Part shown: positions 50,706 to 63,700 of the stretch, piece after piece
How the letters are laid out: each line of letters begins with the position of its first letter
How positions within the stretch are numbered: the stretch's first letter is position 1
Assembly: GCA_010093995.1 (NCBI GenBank)
Contig: ML992507.1
Span: 1,051,868 to 1,115,867, forward strand
Reading direction: 5' to 3'
Length of the DNA stretch: 64,000 nucleotides
DNA from: Elsinoe ampelina
Taxonomy: Eukaryota
Notes under the pieces: generated by a model
Told to the model about the DNA's origin: nothing
The model's database searches: none
What the model saw: the letters and a program-made list of their open reading frames with translations, nothing else
Position numbers and translations under genes: made by a program

Positions 50706-51290
50706 ATAGCTCGTAAGAAGCAAGTAATACCTCTAAAAAGGGCAAAGCTAAGGAAGTAAGGCGCTAAGAAAACCGCTACTAAAAAGCCTACTATAGGTAA
50801 TTATATAACAAAATTTAGACTAGTATTAACTAGACAAATTCGCTAAGTAAAGAGCTATAGGTTTAAGCTAGGTAGTTAGTTTCTTATAGTAAATTCTTAT
50901 AGTCTTATATCTAATATAGTATAGCTATTGCCCTCCGAGAGATTTATTACTACTAGAAGATAACTAAACTTCTTATATATAAGCTTCTCTTCTCCTGTGT
51001 TATTTATAATATTATATAAGATGTTAAGTTAATACTTATAAGTAGAGATTTGCACTTTACGCTAGATACTATTAAGTATCTCTAGGAAGTAAGTAAGGTA
51101 ATACTAGTAGAATATTTCGAAGGTATATTAACTATATATTTAGAATATATAATACCTTATACTAATAACTATAGTAGACTATAATCTTAACACTATCTAT
51201 GCTAAGCGTTATACTATTATATAGAAAGACTCTTAGCTTGCTAGGAAATATTATAACAAGTACTACCTACTTGCTTTCTCTAATTAGTAA
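50706..51290 (+). pseudogene. Histone H3-like gene in hAT-3 (introns 50875-50924, 51123-51177)
   Basis: De-RIPped MARKKQ...KTATKKP...HRFKPG|TVALREIRRYQKTTELL.RKLPFSRV.R.I.QDVK.....RDLRF...AI..LQEASEA.LVEYFE|D.NLNAIHAKR.TIMQKDSQLARK; gccctccgagagatt (ALREI) survives unmutated. Confidence 0.93.
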
Positions 51291-54200
51291 GACCTCTCCT
51301 CTATAATACTATAAGAATAGACTATAAGAAATAGGTAGGTTTATTTTTATATAGACTAGACTATTAAATTTCCTTTCTATAGACTTATTATAATACTAAA
51401 GTACAGTGTAGTAGCTATAGTCGCCTTAAAGCCTAACTAAGGCGTAGTGCTATAACGTAGTATAATACTAGAATTTAACCCCGGTACTAATTCGGTATAG
51501 TGCTATTATAGTATAGTATAGCGCTATTATAGTATAGTGCTATTCTTACTTAACTATAGTATAGTGCTAGTACTAGTGTAGCTCGGCGTAGTACTAGTGC
51601 TAGTACTAATATAGTAGAGTACGGAGCTAGTGCTATTTAGTTTAGCACCGGGTGCCGACCCGCTAAGAACAGCTCTATACTAGCACCGGGGTCGGCCTTC
51701 GGCCGCTCTAACCCCGCCCTAATAGTTATACTAAGAAATTGTATCTTATATTTATAAAACTTACACTTAGAGAGCTTTATAAGTAGGTCTTTTTCTTTTA
51801 GTTTTTATAGTACCTTATAAACATATCCTATATATTTATTATATATCTTTAAGAAGACTATAATATTATCTAAGTATACTAAGACAAAGTTATCGAGGTA
51901 TTCCCTAAGAGTGTTATTAATTAATTCTTAGAAGGATATAGGTGCATTAGTTAGGCTAAAGAGTATAATAAGGTACTTATAGAGTCCTTATCTAGTTCTA
52001 AAAGCTGTCTTCTATTCCTTACTGTCCTTTATCTATATTCGGTAATAGGCATCTCTAATATTAATTATAGTAAACTATTTAGCTTTAATAAGTTAATTCT
52101 AAAGTTTATTAATCCTCGGAAGAGTATAATAGTTCTTTCTAGTAATTATATTAAGTTTCTAGTAATTAATATATAGTTATAGTAACCTATTCTTCTTAGG
52201 TGCGAAAAGTACTTTATATATAATTAGTAATTTTAATAGTTGTATAAACCCTTTTTGTAGGTACTTATTAATATATTTCTTAAGGAAGTCTTTCTTCTTT
52301 TTCGATAATAGTATAAGACCTTAGTAGTGTATTAGGGATTTTCCTTCCTTAAAAGGTATCTTGTAATTCTATAGTTTATATTAGAGTAAAGCTATAATGC
52401 CTTTTCTTTCCTTAAATAAGTCCTTAAAGTCTTTATATTCTAGTAGAAGTACTTAATCGCTTACGCTAGTAATAGTCCTAACTATTAGTTATACCTATAC
52501 TATTCTTGTAGTTAGTATCTATAGAGCTAATTATACTTCCTACGTTCTATAATTATACTTAGGGAATTTAAGTATTTCTTTAATCTAGTCTACGTCTAGA
52601 TTGTGTTATTAAAGCTAGTCTATACTAAGTACTATATTGTACTATATATCTACTATATTAATTAATTGTTTTTCTATATATATTTTAATTTTAATTATAA
52701 CATTTTATAGTTCCTAAGTAACTTTTCTATTCTTTCCTATAGGGGTTCTATCCGCTATAGTAAGTAGGTAAGGTAACTTCTTCTAATATTAATAAGGTTT
52801 AAGCTAATTAGCAACTATTATAGAGACGTAGCTATAGTTAGCTCCTAAATCTATTATTACTCTTACTTTATTCTCTTATATTTCGACTTCTAGTATAAAG
52901 TAGTTTAACGTATAGATCTTTATTATATTAAGGCTTTAGCTAGTGTTATTGTCTTATCTTATTAGGCAATAACTAGCTAGTTTTTTATTATTATAGCTCC
53001 TTAGATAAGTAGCTAATCCCTTTCTACACGTATCTACTATTAGTACTATACCTATTAGGCTAGTTATGTCTTATTGCTGTTTAATATAGTAAGGTAGACT
53101 TCTAGCGCTTAAGTTCCTTAATGACTATAAAGTTTAATAATCCCTTACTAATTATACTAAGTAGTATTATATACCTATATCGGTATAACTATTCCCTTTA
53201 GATAGAGCTATATATTAGCGTCGAAGACGAACGTAGGTTAAGTAGATTTATCTTATTATATTCTATTCTAGTAGTAGATATATATTATTATATAATTTCT
53301 CTATATTTCTATAAGGTATGCCTTAAGTCGTCTGCCTAGTAGTAGTACGTCGTCGTTGTTAAATAAGTTCTTATTCGTGTTATTATATTATAGTTATTTA
53401 GTGTATTCTTCGTTATATTCCTCTTCGTCGCTACTGCCCTTAGTATAGTTATAGTTAGTAAGGCTACATCGAGTACATTCTCGTACTTAGCTATAGAGAG
53501 TAGTACTACCTATTTCGATTACTAAGAAGTCTATAGTATATTCGAGACTAACGGCCTCTTCTCTAAGTATATCGTGTAAGTAGATAGTGTAGTACTATTT
53601 ATAATCTAGATTTGTGTATTTCTAGAGCGATATATAATATACCTTTCCTTGTAGTTTACTATAAAGGCTAAAGGTAAGGCTACTATATTGTTATATAGTA
53701 CTTATGTCCTAATACTTCGTTTTAATAATCGTATATTAGTAGTTGTTACTAACTACCTTCTAAGGTTAGTTAATGTTACTACTAATTATAGAGAGTTCTT
53801 CTAGGTTAAGCTCCTAGTCTAGCTATTTCGTTAGTTATCTACGCTTAGATAGCCTATATAGAAACTAACTAGATCTCTACTTATCTAACAAGTAAATATA
53901 ATAAGAGTTATTATAATATACTATCTATAATAGCGTCGCGTATTAGCTTTATTATTTGCTATTAGTTATAGAGATATTAAGCGTAATATCTAGAGAGAGT
54001 TCTATTGCCTCTCGAGTTGTCGTAGACTTCTTCTATATTTCCTTACCTACGCTAAAGGTCGTTAGGTCTTCTATAGTAGTGTCGGCCTTTGTCTTTACTA
54101 GCCTAGCAACTATTATATATAATCTATTAGCTAGAGTAGTTTTTAGGTTAGGTTAGGTACTAGAATTGCTACCTATAACCTAATCTATAGCGATACTAGT

Positions 54201-54499
54201 ACCTAAAGCTTAGTAACTATAACTCTCTAAGCCTTAGGTAGTGTTACTTAGCCTTAGGTATATAGTTAGTTATAGTGTTACTTATAATACTACCTAATAG
54301 TACCTATAGGTGCCTAAGGGTCGAGGAGTAGATATATATCTTAAGAACTTAAGATTTAAGAATTAAAATTTAAAAGTTAAAGGTTATAATTACGTTTATT
54401 AATTATGCTAATCTTACTAGCACCTCCTATCTACTCTTATAGCCTACGCCTTACTTACTTATCTACCTTTATAGAATAATTGTCCTTACTATAAACTAT

Positions 54500-55043
54500 C
54501 TAATTGTCCTAGTTATATGTATTAAACTTTATATAATAGCGATAAGCAAGCTATAAATCTTTCTAGTTAATAGTAACTTACTTAGTATAAATATAATTAA
54601 GGTTCATGTCTAAGAATATTAGTATCTATAATAGTATTAAATTTAAATAATAGATACCTTCTATATACCTAACAATAAATGCCTCTATTACTTCCTAAAG
54701 TACTTTAAAAGCTTTAAATTAGATATAAAAGCTTTTATCTTAATAAACATAGTCTCTAATAATCTTATAGATAAGGCAGCTAAAGGGAAGCTTATAGTAG
54801 AGAAGTTTAGTTAACTTCTAGTAGTAATAAATCTCTTAGAGGATAATAGCTATATAGTATTAGTAATATAATATAATAATTAATTATAATAATTATACTA
54901 CTAGCCTTAAACTTGTTCTTCTTTCTAGGAGCAATAGTTGTCTTATAAGGTTACTTAGTAGTAGAAGCCTTAGGTCTACTAGACAACTTACTCTTATAAC
55001 TATAACTATAGGTTAGTACTATAGTACCTCTCTTAGAAGGCAT
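54500..55043 (-). pseudogene. Histone H3-like gene in hAT-1 copy 2
   Basis: Reverse complement of 7832-8375; retains ATG CCT TCT AAG start, the GT of intron 2 and ATG AAC CTT (MNL). Confidence 0.92.
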
Positions 55044-55681
55044 AGTTACTATTACTACTAAGGATAGAGTCTTAGGAGGTACTTATAATATAAAGTAATC
55101 TTATAGTAGTAAAGGTAAGGTAGTAGAAGGCATAGAAAGTAACAAGGTAGACATAGTAGTAGTATAAAGAAAGATAAGTAGAAAGAGAAGAGGTAAAAGA
55201 AGTAGAAGAAGAGAAATACGTAATAAGAAGAGAAATGTATAATAATTTAGTAGCTAGTAATAGCATAGCTAACAATAGGAATATAATATTATAATAGAAA
55301 TATAAAATTAGCAAATTAAGAATATATAGTATATAGAATACTTACTTATTATAATATTATTTATAATAGTAAAGTATATAATATTAGATTTGTTTAAACG
55401 CTTAAAAGAAGAGAAATCTAGACATTATAGAGTATTAATAATAAGTACGTAATAATCTAGTATAATAATACAATACTAATTTAGTATACTATAATTCTTA
55501 AAAACCTTATATTTTATATTTTATATTCTACTCTAGCTACCTTATTATTACTTTATATATAGTAGGAAGCTATATTACTCTCCTCTATTCTTCTTCTTCT
55601 TCTATTAACTTCCTTTCTTCTTGTCTCTATTACCCTTTTATTTCTACCCTCTTAAGTTTAACTTTTATATCTTATTTTACT

Positions 55682-56989
55682 ATAGTAACCTCTCTAGATA
55701 CTCCTATAGCTAATATACCTTCTAATACCTCTCCTAGTAGCTCTCCTAAGATTAAGAATAAGTTTAATAAGTTTAAAACTATAATAGAGATAATTATTAT
55801 AGCGTTTTATTATAAGTATTAAGCTAATAGGTATAGGGCTTTAGGTCTAAGTAGGCTAAAATTAAATACTAGATCCTTTAGCATAGTTAAGGCAGCAAGG
55901 CACATTACAGTTATCTAACTAGTTTTAAAGCAGGTTTAAGTAAGTCTTTAAAGTAGAATATTTAAAATATTATATACTAAGATAAAGATACTTAATAGTC
56001 AGCTAAGGTTAAGGCACTTAAAGTAGCTAGAGATGCTAATTATAGCGCAAAGAGAAATTTGCTTAAGAAGTTTAATATAAATACTTAAGTCTAGAACCTT
56101 AGTAAAGAAGCAAAGGTAAAACTCCTTATAGAAAAGATTAAGAAAATAGAGTAGCGCTATTTCGACGCCTAGTAAAGCTATATAATTATACTACTATATT
56201 ATTACGTTTAACACTAATAGATTATAGATAAATAGCTATCTAGCAAGTTTAGAAAAGTCTATATTAAATAGTAGTATATTAGAAAATTTGCTACATGTTA
56301 AAAGTATATAGAAGTCCTTATAAAGGCAAAGGTAGCTTATACTACTAAGTCTAGCAAGGAGAACAATATATTAAGAGTAGCTAAGTAGATATATAGTTCT
56401 AGCAGAATTCTCGAGAAGCTTAAGTATAAGATCTATATAGCTAGCGCTACTAAGCTTACTATTAATAAAGGTACTAACGAGAATACTAAGAAAAAGTACT
56501 TAAAGTTTGTCTAGAAACTTAGTAAGGAGAGTAGGCTTACTACTATCTCCGATCCTAACTAGTAGTAAGTTCCCTATTATTATTACATATTATTATTACA
56601 TTAGTATACTAATAAATAGTAGAGCTTATAATTCTACGCCTCTAGCTAAGTATTAACTACTCGAGCTAATCTATCTTATAGATAAAGGTAAATATATAAA
56701 GCCTAATAATAATAACAAGTGTAAAGAAGTATACGAGCTAGACTATAACTCTAAGATTAAGAAACTAGCTAATAAGTATAAGATAGACAAGTAGTATATA
56801 GAGTTTAAGGAGTTTTCCTCTAATAAGAATAAGATTATTAATAAGAGAGAGAGGGTTAAAGTAGAGAGTTCTTTAGAGAGTAGAGATAAGGAGAAGAATA
56901 ATAATAAGAATAATAATAAGAATAATAATAAGAAAGAAAATAAGGAAATAGTCGATACTAAGGAAGATAAATTTACTAGCTTTAACTAG
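55682..56989 (+). pseudogene. Cargo ORF2 with acidic tail (hAT-1 copy 2)
   Basis: Reverse complement of 5859-7193; LKLNTGS at ~55856; probable introns near 56172-56220 and 56566-56619. Confidence 0.65.
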
Positions 56990-57268
56990 TGGATTTTCTA
57001 TACTATAATTAACTACTAAGTAGTTTAATCTATAGTATAGTCTAGCCCTTTTATAGATTTAAGTTTTATAACAAGATCTTTTCCTATATAGCTACTATTA
57101 TTATTTATGCTTCTAATTGTCACCTCTAACAATAGTAAATTATCTATATTATTACTTCTAATAATAGATTTCTATTACTATTGTTGCTATAAATAATAGA
57201 AGGTACTAAATATATACGCTATCTCGTTCCTATTTATTCTTCTTTCTAAAACCTCTCTTTCTTATTAT

Positions 57269-57790
57269 TATAGCTTCTTATATATAACTCTATCTCGACC
57301 TAGGAGATCTAATCCCCTACTAGCCTTATACTATAACTTGTAGTAACTATACTAGGCTACTACACTTACGTTAGTATAAAGCTTATATCTGCTATATAAC
57401 TAAGTAATTTATCAATAGTAAGGAAAGGTAGACTACTTATATCTATAATAACAATAGAAGCTCTAAACTTTGCTATAAGGCCTATCGCTCTTATAATACC
57501 CCTTATAACTTTATTAGTGTTCCTAATTTAATACTACTACATTCTCTAATAAGTATTAGTATAATAGCTCCTAGACTAATAAAATTTTTAACCTTATCGA
57601 CATATAGTATATACTTAATTATTACTATCTTAATCTTATCTAGGATTAGATTACAATCTTCGATATACGCTATAGCGTTAAACACTAGTAAGACAAGCTA
57701 GATAATTCTAAATCCTAAGGATCTTAATAGTTCTAATTCTTCTAGTAACTAGTTTAGTAGTATAATATAAATAAAGCATCGGCGGGCTAA
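57269..57790 (+). pseudogene. Putative six-Cys zinc-cluster-like gene (hAT-1 copy 2)
   Basis: Aligns to 45052-45578 (ctctatctcgacctaggagatctaatcc; ttacgttagtataaagcttatatctgc; ends gcatcggcgggctaa). Confidence 0.58.
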
Positions 57791-58064
57791 TAGCTTTAGT
57801 AGGTTTTTTATAATATAGATATGTCTTTAATTTTAAAAATTTTCTACTCTACCCTAATATAGATATACCTTTAATTTTAATTATGTTACCTATTCCTTAG
57901 CCCCTATATAGTATAAGTCTAGCCTATAGAAATTGATATACCTCTTGCTTTAAAGTTTCTATAGTATAGTATAGAATTTATTATTACGTATTATAAACAC
58001 ATTAACAAATATTCTATAATAAGTTATCTACCTTTATTAAATAATATAATCTATACTAATTAAC

Positions 58065-60726
58065 ATGTCTAAAGCTTTTAACTTTAAGTCGGTACTTAAC
58101 CTATAACTTAGAGATACTACATATTTCTCTCTAGCTATTCTAGTAGAATTATATAGCTTTATAATCTCCGCTTAGAAAATTAGACATAATAGTAAGATAT
58201 AACAATTATAACTCCTTAAATACTTACTTTTTTAACCTAGTAAGAGATCTAAGGATTAACTTCTATAACAAGCCTAGAAAGACTAGTAGAGTTAAATAAT
58301 TATAGTATCTATATATAGAGAAGATACGAAAAATGTACTAAATTAGAATTCTAAAGTACGTTCTAGAGGTCTATAGGCAAATATTATAGAAGCTACTAAG
58401 ATTTATAATAGAGAACTATAAGTTATTTATAACAGGTATAGTAATATACTTACTTATTCTACTTACTATTGTACTAGCAATAAAGTAATAGAGAAATATC
58501 TTAAGTCCTAGAAATATACTATAGTTGTTAAGTACCGCTATAAGTAAAGCCCTGCCTAAAAAGCCCTTAAGTAATTATAATAGTATATAAAGAGCATTTA
58601 CTAAATTGTCTCTCTATTCTCTACTAATACCTTCTACTATAAGCTTGTTTATGTAGTTACTAACTATAACTAGTCTTTCTACATAGTTAAGTATTCTACC
58701 TTTAGCTAATTCCTCTACTTCCTTTAACCTAATATTACTATACCTAGCTAGACTCTTTTTTAAGTAACACTAGTAGTATAATTTAAAAGATTATAAAAAT
58801 TGCTACTCTCTAACCTCGGTAAGAACATTAAGCTTTTAATAGCGTTAGATAGATAGTCTACTAATAACTACTTAGGGTTTATTATAATTAAAAGCTATTT
58901 TATTAATAACTAATAGTAATTATAAGAGTAGCTTCTAGAAATAACACTTCTTCGAGGTTGCTATACTAGTAAAGCTATAGCAAATAAAGTAATATAGGTA
59001 CTAAAAGATATATCGGTTAAGCAATAACTACTTATAGTTATAGCAGATAATATATTAAATAATAGAATACTCCGAGAGTCTCTTAAAAGAAGCCTAGGTA
59101 TACTAGATATTAAGTAGAATACAAAGAAGAATATAATTCTATACCTAGTATATATTATTAATCTTATTATATAGGACATTATTAAGTATCTAAAACTTAA
59201 GATAAGCGAAGAGATTAATATAGTAGAGAGGTTATAAAACTACTATATCTAGAATATTATAATATTAGTCTCTATCTCGAATTTACTATAGAAGGTATAT
59301 AATATTTATTATATTATTTTATTACGTCCTAATATCGGCAAGCTCTATATAATATATATTAAAATTAATAGTTCCCTATAATAGTTTAAATAATTTATAG
59401 ACCTCTAGAAGTATCTACTACCTAAGAAGAGGTACTAAGTTATATATAATATTAAGACATGCTAGAATTTAACATATAATATATATAAGCGAGTATTAAA
59501 GCTTAAACCTTTTATTAAAGATTAGCTCGAGAATAAGACTATGCTCTAAGTACTAAAGACTTCTTCTAAGGTATTAACATCTAAACTGCTCTCTAACATT
59601 AACAACTATAACCTTACTAAGTTATTACTTAATCTAAATAAGTAGTAGTATCTTAAATCTGTTATAGTAATACTAGAGAACTTTAAGAAAGTAATAACAT
59701 AGCTAAGTACTAGTAGCTAACCTCTTCTCTAGCATATATAGACAATATATAATATACTCTTTAACTTCTTAGATAAAATCGAAAAGGGCCTAATTAGCAC
59801 TAAGAATTATAACAATCTACCTATATAGCTAGCTACTATATAAAAGGTAGTAGTAAAGGGATAAGAGAAGCTTAAGAAATACTATATATAAACTAAGGAT
59901 AGAAAGGGCATACTCTATAACTATATAACAATTCTTAACCTCTCTAAGAAGCTTATAGTATATAATATAAGTGCCTATAGTCTTTCTAGTAAGTAGTAGC
60001 TAATAACACTTAGGATATACTTAGGAACCTTACTATAAAGACGACTATTATAAGGAGTTCTTATAGTACCTTCGTTAGTATAATAAGATAGACCCCTTAA
60101 TTGCTTTACTAGCCTCTACCTCTAAGCTATTACGTTACTAGTAATAAGACTATTTTAACTAACTAAAACAAAAGAAGTAAAGTTATACTCTATTACTATA
60201 AAGTAATAGTCTATGCTTCTTATTTATTCTCTCGAAGTATACTATAGTTAAAGAAGGTAAGGACTACCTTATAACACTACCGGTCTATATTTAGAAACTT
60301 AATATCTTATAGTAGTAGAAAGAGAAGAAGGAAGAATATTTATTACTATTATATATAGTAAAAGATATTCTAGTAATCCTAATTATAGGGGTTAGAGTTA
60401 AGTAAGTATTTAACATTACAAAGAATATTATTAGTGTATAGAGGCATAAATTAGTAGCCTAAACTATTCGGTAGCTTATAATATTAAAGTATAAGCTTAA
60501 AGTAGCCTTACTATTAGAACGGATTAATATAGAACTAGAGACAGAGGATAAGGCTACTAATGCTAACAATTTGCTTAAATTATTATTAAGGACTAATATA
60601 AATCAACTAGACAATATTACTATAGTACTAAGCTATAGTAATAATAACTACTCTAAATTAGAGAGAGAGAGAGCATAGAGAGGTTAATAGTATCCTAGTA
60701 GAAAGCGTTAGCGGATTTACTAGCTA
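58065..60726 (+). pseudogene. hAT transposase of hAT-1 copy 2 (ends approximate)
   Basis: ATG at 58065; dimerization domain at ~60300-60500. Confidence 0.88.
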
Positions 60727-63700
60727 GATTATATTTGTACTTCTAGTATAATTTATATATTTTGCTTACTACCTCCCCTTACGTAATAAAGTAGTATAAT
60801 AAAGTTAGGCCTAAAAATTTATAAGGTATAGTAACGCGCTAAGCTATAGAGTAAGCGCTTTAACTACTAACCTATTAGGTACTATTAGGCAGGTACTAGG
60901 TTAGGTACCCCCCCCCTAAGAGCGATACTATAACTATATACTAACTCTACCTACCTTAGTATAGTACCTAACCTAGAGTAACCCCTCCCTACTAAGCTTT
61001 TATACCTAACCCCTACCTAACGTAGTACTATATCTACCTAAAAACTACTCTACTATTAGCTAGCGCCTCTTATTAGTAGTCCCTAGCCCGATGCCTAGGT
61101 CTTTTACACTTAAAATATAAATTGTCTTATCTATACTTCTCTCTCTCTTTTCTACTAAGGAACTTTCCTCTATAGCTATAGCCTTATACCTATAAGGGGC
61201 AGCCTTCGTATATAGTATTAAGTTCTATAGAGTCTCTATAGTTTCGAAAGGAACATATATATCTAGTGTTTGTCTTATATCCTCTATAACGTTCTATATG
61301 TCGTTTATAGAGTTAGTTATTAATAGTAATTATAGTATCTACTAGTTCCTATAGACTATTAGGTAGCTTAGGTATTATCTAGTCTTTAACTAAGTCGCTT
61401 AGTCCTTAGTAGAATACTAAGTGTTTAGCGCTATTATCCTAGTCTAGATACATTACGAGTTATTAGAACTAGGAATAATACTAGGCTATAGACCTACATT
61501 GTTATAGTTGTTAAATCTTTATTGTAGTAATACGTTCCTTATCCGACACGTTAAAGACTTACTTAATCTTAGCTTAGAATAGCCTAAAGCTTTTAAAGAT
61601 AGTCTTCGTGTCTAGACTTAGTTACTTGTCTAGGTAGCTTCCTATATAGAGTTTAAACTACCTAAAGGTAGCACTCTTAAGCTATATACTAGCGTAAAGG
61701 ACCTTAGCTATATCGTTAGTATACTTATCTCCTTCTAGGGCAAAGAAGGCCTTAAGCTAGATAAGAAAGTGCCTTAGATAGGCGCGGTCCCTATAGAAGA
61801 GTTCTACCTCTATCTTAGACTTACCTCGTTCTTTGCCTATACTAATAGACCTTCTATATTTACCCGAGGTTAAACTAGTAGTAGATATATCGTTAATAGT
61901 AAGCTTTCCTAGCTTACTAGCGATTAAAGATGCTAATAGTAACTTAGAGTAAGAGTTACTTATTAACCTCGTAGTATACTATACTATAGTAAGGGTAGTT
62001 AAAATATTATAAACTGTCTAAATATAGTCTACGCTAGTAGTCTAAGCTAAGCTAAGAACGAGGTAGTTCTACTTCTATAGTAGTATAGTACTAAGGTAAG
62101 AGTTAGAGAAGGTATATCTTATAGATAATAAAGTATAATTAGATAGTATTATAAAGGCTAGCCTTAGTAATACTAGTATTTACTATCTAGACGAGGTTAA
62201 CTATAATATTACTTATAAAGGAGAGTATAGTATATATCTTATGTCGTGTTATAATTACCTTAAGTAATTATAAGTAGTAGTTACTCTAATTACTCGTAAG
62301 CGAAGTAATCTAAGATAGTTAGTTCCTCTACTTCCTTTTATGCTTCCCTAGCGTAGCCTAGCCACGTCTCTAATTAGCTTGTCTATAGCCTAGCTACAAG
62401 TTTATTATAAAGTCTTTCTCGTTATTCTTCTACTAATTAAGTACTTTAAATCCTAGTATACTCTAGACTAGAGGGATATTAAGGTAGTTCTTGCTCTTCT
62501 AATAAGTAGTTTAAGAACTCTCCTATTAATCCTAGATTACTAAGCTAATATTAGACTAGAAGCTAAAGCTCGTCTAGGGAGAGGTAAGCTATATAGGTAA
62601 CTAAGGTCGATAGAACTAATTATCTTTATCTTTAAGTAGGGTTATAATACTTAGAGTCTTAGGTAGACTATCTAGAGAAGGTAGTTTACTATTATAGTAA
62701 CTAAGGTAGTTAAGAAATTACTTATAATACTTAGCCTTATTAGATTTCTCCTAGGTGTTATTCTATAATATAATTAGCTTACTATAAGAATATATTTATA
62801 AGCTATAAACCTCGTAGGGGGTTAGCTTTTATATAGAGTCTAAGACTATACTATAATTAAAGAGGTACTCTCTCTTGTTATTAGTATAATTATAGTACTT
62901 TAATAATTTATCTCGACCGTGCTCTACTATAAGTCTAACTACTTTAGGCTAAGGCTTATTATTATCTCTCTCCTTGTCTATAGTGCTATTCTCTATCTTA
63001 TTAAGGAAGTTAAATAGACAATTATATATTAACTAGATATATATAATTAGTAGGTAGCTAATAGTACTTAACTAAGTAGTTACTACCTTAAAGTTCTTAA
63101 GCATCTTTATTACTAGCTTAAGGTATAACTACTCTATACTATTAAGCTAAAGACGTTTAAGATCCTTATAATCTAGATTACTAGTATTAGTACTAACTAA
63201 GTTAGGTCCTATACTAGTAGAACTCTTTATTATAATCTCCTATTTAAGCTATTAGTCGATTAATAGTCTAAGCTTAAGACTACGCTTATACATATTAAAG
63301 GTTAAGTTCTACTATGTCTTAACATCTTAAATAATAGCCTTATACTCTCGAGGTATTATAGCTTATTAAAGAGTTATAAACCTCTTAAAGTATTAAGGTA
63401 ATTAATCGATAGTAATATAGGTTATATAGAGCTAGGAATTAATTAGACTATAATTAAAAACTATAATTAAAATACTAACCTTACGAAGTAAGTTTAGTAC
63501 TAAAAGTTTAATAGAGATCTTTCTTAAGTACTACCTTTTAAGCCTAGTAGCTTATTTATCCTCCTTAGTAGTCTTAAGGTCGAGGTACTTAATAATATTC
63601 TATATAACAAGATTAATAATATATAAGGCATAGAATAGTGTTTTCTTATATACTCTATGTAATACCTACCTACCTAAGAAGCCTTTATACTATCTTATAT

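Larger units (their letters stand above)
43884..51733 (-). mobile_element. hAT family hAT-3 (7850 bp), carrying H3-like cargo and extra ORFs
   Basis: Perfect 23-bp TIRs TAGTATAACTATTAGGGCGGGGT; TSD AGAAATTA/AGAAATTG (43876-43883, 51734-51741); the empty site is visible in Gypsy B at ~26738-26745. Confidence 0.97.
54132..61052 (+). mobile_element. hAT-1 copy 2 (6921 bp), inverted relative to copy 1
   Basis: 17-bp TIRs; perfect 8-bp TSD CTATTAGC (54124-54131, 61053-61060). Confidence 0.97.
40743..62409 (-). mobile_element. Gypsy B' (B subfamily), full length, interrupted by hAT-3 and hAT-1 copy 2
   Basis: 405-bp LTRs at 40743-41147 and 62005-62409; TSD AAGTC (40738-40742, 62410-62414); internal segments are the reverse complement of Gypsy B gag-pol. 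Confidence 0.96.

Noticed and set aside
51400..51660. CRISPR-like or satellite array
   Set aside because: Irregular short motifs with no repeat-spacer periodicity, in a eukaryotic transposon terminus.
1792..61052. One giant element or inversion bounded by 7-kb inverted repeats (the two hAT-1 copies)
   Set aside because: Copy 2 has its own perfect TSD inside Gypsy B' and copy 1's flanks do not match it; they are separate insertions. No tyrosine-recombinase (Starship captain) sequence was recognised.
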